Below, piece after piece: positions 1 to 9,145 of a DNA stretch of 38,368 nucleotides. Position 1 is the stretch's first letter. The number at the start of each line of letters is the position of its first letter. A model generated the notes under the pieces. The model ran no database searches. It was not told the DNA's origin and worked only from the letters and a program-made list of their open reading frames with translations. The position numbers were made by a program, and so were the translations under genes. The stretch lies in the NCBI GenBank assembly GCA_963977445.1, contig CAXBPH010000031.1:1-38368 (forward strand), in the 5' to 3' direction. This DNA comes from an uncultured bacterium (GTDB lineage Bacteria; Hydrogenedentota; Hydrogenedentia; Hydrogenedentales; JAEUWI01).

Positions 1-2
1 AA

Positions 3-3000
3 GCCGCCATGACCTTTCGCGGCACCCAGATTAATATCAACAATGCGCTGAATGGTATGCGCTATCAACCTGACCAGCATTTCAACACGGAGGCAGGCTC
101 GGCCGAGGCCCTGACCATCAGCGTGTCGGACGGTGGTGACACGGGTGCCGGTGGTGGTGGAAATATTGCCGCCTCGGTGAATATCGTGGTAACCGGCCTG
201 AATGACAACCCCACCTTAACCGTACCGGGTGCCCAGAGCATTGCAGAAGACACCCCCCTGTCCTTTAACGGCACCGTTACCGTGGCCGACATCGACGTAG
301 CAGAATCGTCTGGCCAACTTCGCTTGACCATGCGCGCCACCTCGGGAACACTAAGTCTTGCCCAGCTTAGCGGGCTGACCTTTACAGCACCCGCTGATGG
401 CACGAACGATACCACCATGACCTTCACGGGGACAGCGGCCGCCATCAACAGCGCGCTGAATGGTTTCACATACCAGGGCATCCAGGACTTCAACGGCAAC
501 GACACCTTGACGCTGACCATCAACGATCAGGGCAATACCGGTCTGGGCGGTGGTACGGATGTGGTATCCACCATAGCCGTCTCCGTCACGCCGGTAAACG
601 ATCCCCCCGTTGCCAGCGCAGTGACCCTCTCCCCGGCTGAGCCACTTAGAAACGAAGATCTTACCGCAGCCTACACGTATACCGACGTGGACATGGATGT
701 CGAAAATGGCACTATCATTCGCTGGTTCCGCGATGGGGTGCTCCAGACCGCTTTCAACAACCTCCTTACGGTTCCCATGGACGCCACGGTGGAAGAAGAA
801 GTCTGGTACTTCCGGGTCACGCCCAATGACGGCCTGATTGCAGGTACCGTCGTGCAGTCGAACAGCGTCAGTATACGGCCCGTCGCTGACCTCCAACTCT
901 TTATATCCCGAGAACCCAGCCAGGTTGTTCCTGGCGAAAACGTGAGCTACACCTTCCAGGCGCGCAACCTGGGTCCGAGCCCGGTGACGTCGGCAGTAGT
1001 CACCTCAAACCTGCCCGCCGCACTGCAAAATGTCACCTGGACCTGCGCTCCCTGCGGAACATCGGGAACGGGCAACCTCAACGAAACACTCAATCTGGCA
1101 AGTGGCGAGACCTTCGAATTTGTCATCTCCGCCCTTGTCGATCCAGCGGCCACAGGCGATTTGACCGTATCTGGTGCGCTAAATGGCCCCAATCTGGTCT
1201 TCGAAACGGACGCAACAAATAACAACGCCACCAATACCGTTCCCCTCATGCCGGAAGCAACACTTCGTGTGGTCATCGCCTCGAACCGCACCGAAGCATC
1301 GCCCGGCGACTCCATAACCTATACCCTGACGGCCACCAACGAGGGCCCCTCCGATGCACGCGGTGTCCTCTTCGAGGATACGCCAGACGTCAACACGACC
1401 TTGACCGGAGGCAGTGTCACGGCAAGCCAGGGCACCATCAACGACGGTGGCCAAGTCGGCGATACCATGGTGGCAGTGAATATTGGCACCGTGGCCCTCA
1501 ATGAAACGGTTACGCTCTCCTACACTGTTGTGGTCAATACCCCCTTCCCTGCCGAAGGACTCGAAATGGTGTGTACACGCGGGCGCTTCTTCGGCGAAGC
1601 TGGAAATCCTGACGTCAATTTTGTCGATGCACTGCCGGCGGCCGATGAGTGCACCGATATCATCACGATCATCGACTTCCAAGCCACCAACGTAGATGCA
1701 CTGCTCGTTGACCTGAACGGCGATCGCATCGTCAATCCCGGCGACACGGTCCGCTACACCGTCCACCTGACCAACAACGGCAATGGCGGTGCCAACGGTG
1801 TCCTCTATAACCAACCTGCCATCGCCAACGGAAGCCTCCTGGTAGACTCCATTGTTGCCGTTCCCGCGGCCCAGAGTGTGACGGTCAATAGTGGCGCCAT
1901 CACAATCGACCTGGGCGCGGTTCAGGGCGATAACGGAACCGGCAACGGCAGTAACGAAGTTACCATCAACTTCAACGTGGTCGTCGTCAACCCCTTGCCC
2001 CCAGGCCAGGACTTCCTCAAATGCCAGGGAAGCTTCACCTATGATGAATTGCCCACCACATCGGCCCCCATCCTGACGGACGACCCTGCCGCAGTCGCCT
2101 TACAAGGCAACGACATCATCCCCGTCGACGTAGACGGCAACGTCATTCGTCCGGCACCTACGGTGACTCGAATACTCGCTTCCCCCGTCCTTGTCGTGCT
2201 GAAACGGGATGATATTGGACGCAACGAAGAGAAACGCCCCGGCGACACGATTGTGTATACGGTGACCATTGAAAACGAGGGCAATCGTGGCGCGGCCGAT
2301 CTGATGTATCGTGTACCCTTCCGAGATGGAGAAATCTCGAGACTTGAACTGGAGAGGGTCGACGGCACCAACCCATTGAGTGATGTCGCCACCTCGCTCC
2401 TCACCAATTTCAAAGCCCTCGATGCCGATGACAGCGGCGGTCTCTCATCCGCCGAACTGGATGGATCCTTTTTCGCACTGACCACCGAACAATTCAATGA
2501 ATTCGACACCTCCGATTCGAGACTTGCCTTGGTGGAAGACTCCATCCTCATCAACGGAACCCCCGCCACCAACATGGGCTCGTCCACGGAATTGCTGTTG
2601 GACTTGGGAGCACTTGATGGCCGAAACCCACAGTTTACCGATGGTCCGACCATTACCATCAATTTCACGGTCCTGCTGAACAACATTCTCCCCCAGGGTG
2701 TAAATATGATTCGTTGTCAGGGCGTCGTTGAAAGCGATGCCCTCGGTCCCGTGTTGTCAGATGATCCCGAGACCATAAACACCGCTTCCGATGCAACACT
2801 GACGCTGGTTCGCGCAATTCCCGAAATTAATATCGTTCCCGAAATTCTGACGATTGATTTCGGCGATCAGGATATCGATGACGGCCAGACCCTCACCCGT
2901 ATGGTTCAAATCAGCAATGGCGCGACCGCGACAGCCAATCTGACCTTAGGCTTCGTGGGCCTGGAAGGTGCCGACCTCAGCGAATTCGTGCTGGTAGACG

Positions 3001-6000
3001 ACACGAAAGAAACTGTTTTGAAACCAGGCGATGTCCGCTTCATTGAGCTCGCCTTCGATCCAGATTCCATCGGCAACAAAATCGGTAGCCTGCGCATCGA
3101 ATCCGACGATCCCGATGACTCCGCCATCGATGTAAACCTGTCGGGAAGAGCCCTCGACAGCGACATACGGGTAACCCCCTCCACGCTGGACTTCGGAAAA
3201 CGCAACCTTCTCGCGGGCCCAAGCAATCCGCAATCAATCAGTATCATCAACGACGGATTGGGCAGTTCCACCATCGACAGTGTGACGCTGGCCTGTGGCC
3301 CCGATATCTTTCCCGTCATGACGCCTGAAAGATTTGCTGAACTGGACCTGAACGGGGACGGCGTATTGACCCGCGGTATCGGCAAAAATGAGCTGGAAAG
3401 CGCTGTGGACCTTTTCGATACCGCCGAAGTGTTGATTGATAACTTCACGTCACTCGATAGCGATACGTCCAGTTCTCTCTCCGCTGCCGAAGTAGAAATA
3501 CAGTTTCCGTTCCTTACAGACACACGTTTCGACGTTTTCGACCTCGATTCGAGTTCCGGCCTGAGTCAGGTTGAGCTTGCTCAAGCCCTTCGCATTGCGA
3601 TCTTCTCAGTAAGTCTGCTCGTCAGCTTTGATGATTTTGATAGCAGCGCGCCCGTTGGACTCGACTTCAATGAGGCCCAGAGCATCTTACCTGATTTGAC
3701 CAACGACGAATTCTCCCTACTCGACACCGATAAAAGTGGCGTCATAAGCACAGGCGAATTGGATGAAAAAATCCGCCTTCGTGCTATTGCGGCCCAGCTG
3801 CTGACCGACTTCTTTGGGCTGGACCTCGATCAGGACGACGCCCTCTCCCGCGTGGAAATTGATACCTTTACCCCCCTGCTGACCCCGGGTAGATTCGATG
3901 TCATGGACGCCGACAAGGATGACGAAGTTACCGAGCTTGAGCTCAATTCAGTGACGTCGATCCTCGCCACCGACATCCTCGAAACCTTCGCCAGCCTCGA
4001 CGCGGATAAAAGCGGCGGACTGACCCTCGAAGAGTTGAGCACCGCATGTGACTTCGAAATCTTCTCCGATTCCGGTGAACAATCATTGGAGACGGCTCAA
4101 TCCCGATTGGTCCGTATCGTGTTTAACCCCTCCACCTCCGGAATGAAGCTGGGCACCCTGAGAATCGAAGCCAATCAGTCGGGGCAGGGTACGCCAATCG
4201 TATCCAAAGTCACCTTGTATGGTACAGGCAATCGCACGCCCCGCATCACCGGACAAAATCCTGTGGCGACGAAAGAAGACAAACCTGTCACCATCATTTT
4301 AGATAACCTCATCGTAGATGCTCCCCTCCTTGAGTTCCCCAAAGAGGTGACGCTGGCATTCCAGCAGCGCCCAGAAGGGGCCAACTATACCCGTGATGGG
4401 AACACCATTATTCCCAACCTGAATTTCAATGGTGTGCTCTTCGTACCCGTAACGGTGCGCGATGGCAACATCGACAGCAACGTGTGGAATCTCCGCATCG
4501 ATGTAGCTCGTGTCAACGATGCACCTACCAGCATTGCGCTGAGCAACAACACGATTCTGGAAAACCAGTTGCTCAACACGATCATCGGAAAACTGAGTAC
4601 CACCGATCCGGACTTGGGTGATCTTCATATCTACAGCCTGGTGCCCGACGACCCGTCAACCGATGATGATGACTTTATAGATAACGAGTTCTTCTCTATC
4701 GTCGCCAATCAGCTCGTAAGTGCCGTCGTCTTCGACTTTGAAACACGCGATGCCTATACCGTCATGGTGCGCAGCCGCGATCCAGAGGGCGCAACCATCG
4801 AACGGGCCTTCAAAATCGTGGTGCTGGATCAAGCCAACGACGAAGACAACAGCGTGGCTTCCGAAGTGCTCTTGACCAACTTTGGTGAAGTCGACGTAGA
4901 CAATGATGGCGTACTGACCTTCGAGGAGATCCAGGTACTGCTACCCGGATTCACCCAGGAACGCTTTGACTTGCTGAATATCGAAAATGAGATTTCACCA
5001 GCGGAGCTTCAGACGGGCATCGACAATACGGAAAATGCCCAGCGACTCTTCGACAATTTCGAATTGGCAGATGGCGATAAGAATGGTGAATTGAGCTTCT
5101 CAGAAGCACGGACCGTATATACCCAATTGACCCAGGGCGCCTTCAACTATATGGATGAGAATGGCAACACACGCCTTAGCCCGTCGGAACTGCAGGCAGC
5201 AATCCTGCTGAATGCCGACTTGAGCGACATCCTGGCCGCCTTCAACACGCTGGATACCGATAACAGCGGTCAACTCACCTTCGACGAGATTCCCCGAAGC
5301 CTAGCCACCTTGAACCAGGCCCGTTTCGACGCACTGGAAACCAATCCAGGCGTTTCACAACGGGAGCTCGCAACGCAGGTGGACTGCCGCCTGACGGAAG
5401 GAACCGTCATTCTCATACAACCCACTGGCGATCTGCTCGCACCACCCGCCGCCACACTTATTGACGTCTCCTTCAATGCGGAGGTGGGAATTAATGTCGG
5501 CGTGGCCTGTAATGCCGAGAATGTTACCTTCACCTATGATATCGGATCCGAAAGCATCCTCATTACGGATCTAGCGGAATACTTCCTCCAAAACTTCCTC
5601 GCCCTGGATGCCAACTTCAATAATGGATTGGACTTCGATGAAGTGGCCTTCAGCCGCATTGGAATCACCGAGGAACGGTTTGCTCAGATTGATTTCGATG
5701 GAGATTCCTTCCTGATCAATGAGGAATTGGAAGCCGCCGTGATTCTCTCTGATTTCGCGACCATCCTCCTCGACGAGTTTGCGACCTTAAACGTCGATAA
5801 CAGCACCGGGCTCTCTTTTACCGAGACCCAGGCCGCCGGTATCGATTTGGATACCTTGCGCTACGGCATTATCGACCTGAACAACAACAGCGTGCTCACC
5901 CGCGCAGAGTTGGAAGCAGAGATTGACCTCCCCGCCTATCTCCAGACGAACTTCACCACGTTGGATACAAATGTCGATGGCGGTATCAGTCAGACCGAGA

Positions 6001-7400
6001 GTATCACCCTGCTGCCTGGCCTGTCCCAGACCCGCTTTGACAACCTGGACGGCGACCTGGATGGCTTCCTCACACTGGAAGAGCTGCAAACGGCCGACGA
6101 CTTTGGCAAGCGTTCGCCCGTCTTCGCAACGCCCCTGCCCGTGGAGGGCGTTCAGAAACAGTTGCGCGGCCTCGAGCCAGCGACCTTCACCTTACCGGTA
6201 GACAATGCCTATCGCGTTCGTGCTACCGCGACCCTCGATGGTACCAATCAGGTACTCCAGTCCGACGAGTACACCTTTGAGATTCGCAACGGCGTCGACG
6301 ATGACCGCAATGGCTATCTTGATGCCCCATTCAACGACCTCAGCAATGATGGGGCCCGCTGGCAGGATGCGGTTGATAGTGTAAATTGTAAACGCGCCGT
6401 AGTCATGCACTACTGGCGTGGCACCAACATACCGGACCGGGACATCGAAGTCTCCCTGAAGAATCCTGCAAAGACGTCTCAGCAGGCCAAACTCGTCGTT
6501 CCCCATGGCCTCTTGAATGAGGGTGAGGAAGGCATACTTATCGTCGCCATGGCCTGCGACGCGGAGAGCCTCCTCAACCGAGTGCAGGCGGAAGGACTGG
6601 ATCCCCTCCCCGCCGATGCGGTCGCAGGTACACCGTGGATTGACATCAGCGTCGTCGTCCGCACTATCGGAGAAACGGAATTCACTCCCCTGAGTAATGC
6701 AAGACTCGGGCTGCGACCCATCAAGCTGAGCCTGAATCAATTGCAGTTCTCCCCCGAAGATAACGCCAATTTCTACCGAAACGGCGCACTGGTTGTTGAT
6801 GTACCCGGCACGGGATTCACCGTCGTTCCCGGTGTAGAGACCTGGGATGGCAGTGTGAGCAAGTCGCCGGTCAGTTCCGGCACGACCCTCACCGCAACCC
6901 TCAGCAGCATCGGTATCGTGGTCGCACTGGAATCGCTCAAACCACCCATTCTGGTTACGACGCCCGACAGCGGTGACATGATAAACATGGGTGAAGTAAA
7001 CGTCTCCGACTCCGTCGAGCGTACCGTCGTCATTACGAATGATGGTGGCGAGCAGCTTGTTGGCACCGTGGAACTCCGTGATGCCACCGGCGTATTCGCC
7101 ATTATCGGTGAAGCAAGCTATAACCTCGCCCATGGCGAAACCCACACGTTTATCGTCCGCTTTTCGCCAAACGCCGGTGAGAGCTTCGCCGCTTCGATCA
7201 CTTACTCGGGCGACGCAAAGGGACTGGTCACCACCCCCGTCATCGGCTTGGGCATCGCGCCCAAAGGTTTCGGCTGCGGCCCCTCCCCGGTCGGTGCGCC
7301 CTTTCCCTTGGGCAATACCCTGGTCGTCCTGGCGGTACTGGGGTGGTTGATGCGCGACCAACGGCGACGACGGAGCACGCCAGCAGGACCAACAAACTAG
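3..7400 (+). CDS. Giant cell-surface/adhesin-like protein, 5'-truncated (>2463 aa): cadherin/Ig-like repeats, DUF11 repeats, ASH/choice-of-anchor-D domains, cadherin domain, EF-hand arrays, C-terminal TM anchor
   Basis: The frame is open to the window edge (codons gcc gcc atg at 3-11, no stop). Motifs seen: 'DFNGNDTLTLTINDQGNTG' (cadherin-like); 'PGD.I.YT....N.G' (DUF11, about 4 copies); 'LDFG...I.NDG...F.P...G...G.L.I' (ASH); 'NDAPT.I.LSN...DPD.GD...FDFET' (cadherin); many DxDxxGxLSxxE loops; C-terminal GCG + hydrophobic helix + RRRR. Confidence 0.9.
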   Translation, partial: AAMTFRGTQININNALNGMRYQPDQHFNTEAGSAEALTISVSDGGDTGAGGGGNIAASVNIVVTGLNDNPTLTVPGAQSIAEDTPLSFNGTVTVADIDVAESSGQLRLTMRATSGTLSLAQLSGLTFTAPADGTNDTTMTFTGTAAAINSALNGFTYQGIQDFNGNDTLTLTINDQGNTGLGGGTDVVSTIAVSVTPVNDPPVASAVTLSPAEPLRNEDLTAAYTYTDVDMDVENGTIIRWFRDGVLQTAFNNLLTVPMDATVEEEVWYFRVTPNDGLIAGTVVQSNSVSIRPVADLQLFISREPSQVVPGENVSYTFQARNLGPSPVTSAVVTSNLPAALQNVTWTCAPCGTSGTGNLNETLNLASGETFEFVISALVDPAATGDLTVSGALNGPNLVFETDATNNNATNTVPLMPEATLRVVIASNRTEASPGDSITYTLTATNEGPSDARGVLFEDTPDVNTTLTGGSVTASQGTINDGGQVGDTMVAVNIGTVALNETVTLSYTVVVNTPFPAEGLEMVCTRGRFFGEAGNPDVNFVDALPAADECTDIITIIDFQATNVDALLVDLNGDRIVNPGDTVRYTVHLTNNGNGGANGVLYNQPAIANGSLLVDSIVAVPAAQSVTVNSGAITIDLGAVQGDNGTGNGSNEVTINFNVVVVNPLPPGQDFLKCQGSFTYDELPTTSAPILTDDPAAVALQGNDIIPVDVDGNVIRPAPTVTRILASPVLVVLKRDDIGRNEEKRPGDTIVYTVTIENEGNRGAADLMYRVPFRDGEISRLELERVDGTNPLSDVATSLLTNFKALDADDSGGLSSAELDGSFFALTTEQFNEFDTSDSRLALVEDSILINGTPATNMGSSTELLLDLGALDGRNPQFTDGPTITINFTVLLNNILPQGVNMIRCQGVVESDALGPVLSDDPETINTASDATLTLVRAIPEINIVPEILTIDFGDQDIDDGQTLTRMVQISNGATATANLTLGFVGLEGADLSEFVLVDDTKETVLKPGDVRFIELAFDPDSIGNKIGSLRIESDDPDDSAIDVNLSGRALDSDIRVTPSTLDFGKRNLLAGPSNPQSISIINDGLGSSTIDSVTLACGPDIFPVMTPERFAELDLNGDGVLTRGIGKNELESAVDLFDTAEVLIDNFTSLDSDTSSSLSAAEVEIQFPFLTDTRFDVFDLDSSSGLSQVELAQALRIAIFSVSLLVSFDDFDSSAPVGLDFNEAQSILPDLTNDEFSLLDTDKSGVISTGELDEKIRLRAIAAQLLTDFFGLDLDQDDALSRVEIDTFTPLLTPGRFDVMDADKDDEVTELELNSVTSILATDILETFASLDADKSGGLTLEELSTACDFEIFSDSGEQSLETAQSRLVRIVFNPSTSGMKLGTLRIEANQSGQGTPIVSKVTLYGTGNRTPRITGQNPVATKEDKPVTIILDNLIVDAPLLEFPKEVTLAFQQRPEGANYTRDGNTIIPNLNFNGVLFVPVTVRDGNIDSNVWNLRIDVARVNDAPTSIALSNNTILENQLLNTIIGKLSTTDPDLGDLHIYSLVPDDPSTDDDDFIDNEFFSIVANQLVSAVVFDFETRDAYTVMVRSRDPEGATIERAFKIVVLDQANDEDNSVASEVLLTNFGEVDVDNDGVLTFEEIQVLLPGFTQERFDLLNIENEISPAELQTGIDNTENAQRLFDNFELADGDKNGELSFSEARTVYTQLTQGAFNYMDENGNTRLSPSELQAAILLNADLSDILAAFNTLDTDNSGQLTFDEIPRSLATLNQARFDALETNPGVSQRELATQVDCRLTEGTVILIQPTGDLLAPPAATLIDVSFNAEVGINVGVACNAENVTFTYDIGSESILITDLAEYFLQNFLALDANFNNGLDFDEVAFSRIGITEERFAQIDFDGDSFLINEELEAAVILSDFATILLDEFATLNVDNSTGLSFTETQAAGIDLDTLRYGIIDLNNNSVLTRAELEAEIDLPAYLQTNFTTLDTNVDGGISQTESITLLPGLSQTRFDNLDGDLDGFLTLEELQTADDFGKRSPVFATPLPVEGVQKQLRGLEPATFTLPVDNAYRVRATATLDGTNQVLQSDEYTFEIRNGVDDDRNGYLDAPFNDLSNDGARWQDAVDSVNCKRAVVMHYWRGTNIPDRDIEVSLKNPAKTSQQAKLVVPHGLLNEGEEGILIVAMACDAESLLNRVQAEGLDPLPADAVAGTPWIDISVVVRTIGETEFTPLSNARLGLRPIKLSLNQLQFSPEDNANFYRNGALVVDVPGTGFTVVPGVETWDGSVSKSPVSSGTTLTATLSSIGIVVALESLKPPILVTTPDSGDMINMGEVNVSDSVERTVVITNDGGEQLVGTVELRDATGVFAIIGEASYNLAHGETHTFIVRFSPNAGESFAASITYSGDAKGLVTTPVIGLGIAPKGFGCGPSPVGAPFPLGNTLVVLAVLGWLMRDQRRRRSTPAGPTN

Positions 7401-7417
7401 CAACATGAAAAACACGC

Positions 7418-7457
7418 AACTCCCCCCAATGGTCTTGGCCTTGGGGGGAGTTTTTTT
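7418..7457 (+). terminator. Rho-independent terminator of the giant surface-protein gene
   Basis: 12-bp perfect stem AACTCCCCCCAA (7418-7429) / TTGGGGGGAGTT (7441-7452) followed by a T run, 17 bp after the stop codon. Confidence 0.85.
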
Positions 7458-7599
7458 GTGTGAAAACAAGATTTACGACCACTGAAAGCTCAAATAGACA
7501 AGAAGAACTCCCGGCTACTTGCAATCCTTCGGTTGCTCATATTGCTCCAGTGTGATACAGTCACCATAGATGATCTGTCAATAAATTAACCGTTGCACG

Positions 7600-7620
7600 T
7601 CCTGTAGTTCATATACAGGA
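7600..7620. promoter_or_regulatory. Possible operator palindrome upstream of anmK
   Basis: TCCTGTA-N7-TACAGGA perfect 7-bp inverted repeat in AT-rich intergenic DNA about 180 bp before the anmK start. Confidence 0.3.
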
Positions 7621-7798
7621 TTGTAGGTCACGGGTCAGATTAACGACTACGTAATCAGTCTTCAGGAGAACGACGGGCAATTCGGTTTCGTGTGCCAGAC
7701 GATTCATTACCGATGCATCCCAGCGGTTTATTCCGCAGCGGATACGTCCATGCAATGAAAGCCCGGTAACGCTACCGACCGTTGAGGGAAAGGCCTTT

Positions 7799-8956
7799 AT
7801 GGATCTGCGTGTAATCCAGAAAAAGCCCGCGCGATTTTGTGTGGGACTCATGTCTGGCAGTTCGTGTGACGGCGTAGACGCCGCACTGGTTCGCATCAAG
7901 GGAACCGGCAAAAGCCTCGTGATGAAGCTCATCGCCCACGAGACGTTCCCCTACACGACGGGCTTGCGCCACCGGCTCCTGGACGAGCACATGACGCTGA
8001 AAGATGCATGTGCCCTCGATTTTGAGTTGGGGGAGCGCTTCTCAGAAGCGGCCCAGGCCATGATGGACCGGGCCCAGAAAGACGAAACACCCGTTGATTT
8101 CGTCGCGTCCCACGGCCACACCCTTGCCCACCTCCCCCCCAGAGCAAACGAGCGCATCGGCACCCTCCAGATTGGACAGTCCGCCGTTGTCGCAGAACAC
8201 TGCGGCGTGCCCGTGGTCTCCGATTTTCGGCCCCGCGACATGGCCGCAGGCGGTCAGGGCGCTCCCCTGGTACCTTATGCCGATTGGCTTCTCTTTCACA
8301 GCCTGAAGCGCCCCATTACCTGTCTGAACATCGGGGGAATTGCCAATTTCACCGTTGTCACGCCTGATTTTAGAAATATTCAGGCCTTCGATACGGGTCC
8401 CGGCAACATGGCCATCGACGGGGCCATGCGCCTCCTCACCAAAGGCAACCAGGAAATGGACACCGATGGAAAGGCCGCAAAAACGGGCATGATCATCGAC
8501 GAATTTCTCAACTACCTCCTGGATCATCCGTTCCTGTCCAAACTTCCCCCCAAAAGCACCGGTCGCGAACAATTCGGGATGCAGGTCTATCTCCGTGATG
8601 CCCTGGCCGCCCGCTCTGAACATTCCTTGGAAGATCTCGTGGCCACGGTAACAGAAGCCGTCGCCCGAAGCATCATCGAAGCCTATGACCGCTTTATTAA
8701 ACCAGAGAATCCGGCCGAGCATATCATCGTAGGCGGTGGCGGTGCCCACAATAAAGTACTCATGGAACGCTTGAAAGAGGGTTTCGCCGGTGCACAGGTA
8801 TTTACAAGCGACCAATATGGCATCCCCACCGATGCGCGGGAAGCCATCGCCTTTGCGATTCTAGGCAATGAATGTATTATGGGCACCCCCGCGAACGTAC
8901 CCCATGCCACCGGCGCGGAACGTCGGGTCATCCTGGGAAAAATCACACCGGCCTGA
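7799..8956 (+). CDS. anmK: Anhydro-N-acetylmuramic acid kinase
   Basis: Signature motifs GLMSGSSCDGVDAALV, SHGHT, DFRPRDMAAGGQGAPLVP, LNIGGIAN, FDTGPGN, PPKSTGRE, GGGGAHN, EAIAFA; 385 aa. Confidence 0.95.
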   Translation: MDLRVIQKKPARFCVGLMSGSSCDGVDAALVRIKGTGKSLVMKLIAHETFPYTTGLRHRLLDEHMTLKDACALDFELGERFSEAAQAMMDRAQKDETPVDFVASHGHTLAHLPPRANERIGTLQIGQSAVVAEHCGVPVVSDFRPRDMAAGGQGAPLVPYADWLLFHSLKRPITCLNIGGIANFTVVTPDFRNIQAFDTGPGNMAIDGAMRLLTKGNQEMDTDGKAAKTGMIIDEFLNYLLDHPFLSKLPPKSTGREQFGMQVYLRDALAARSEHSLEDLVATVTEAVARSIIEAYDRFIKPENPAEHIIVGGGGAHNKVLMERLKEGFAGAQVFTSDQYGIPTDAREAIAFAILGNECIMGTPANVPHATGAERRVILGKITPA

Positions 8957-9145
8957 TCGGCGTTATATAAAGAACCGGCTTACAACGCGCTGAAAGTGAA
9001 TGGCGTCGATTGCGGAGCTTGTCGCACAGCGCAGCCTCCCCATTTTTGGACGTACCAATTCTGGTCCCGGAATTAACGGAAAGCCTGACGGCCACGCCAC
9101 CGCGCAATCCCATTCCCGCACGCTCGATACCCTGACCTACCTTGC

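Noticed and set aside
7602..7618. E. coli-type LexA box
   Set aside because: Spacing is CTGT-N9-ACAG rather than N8, and the lineage is unlikely to use this motif.
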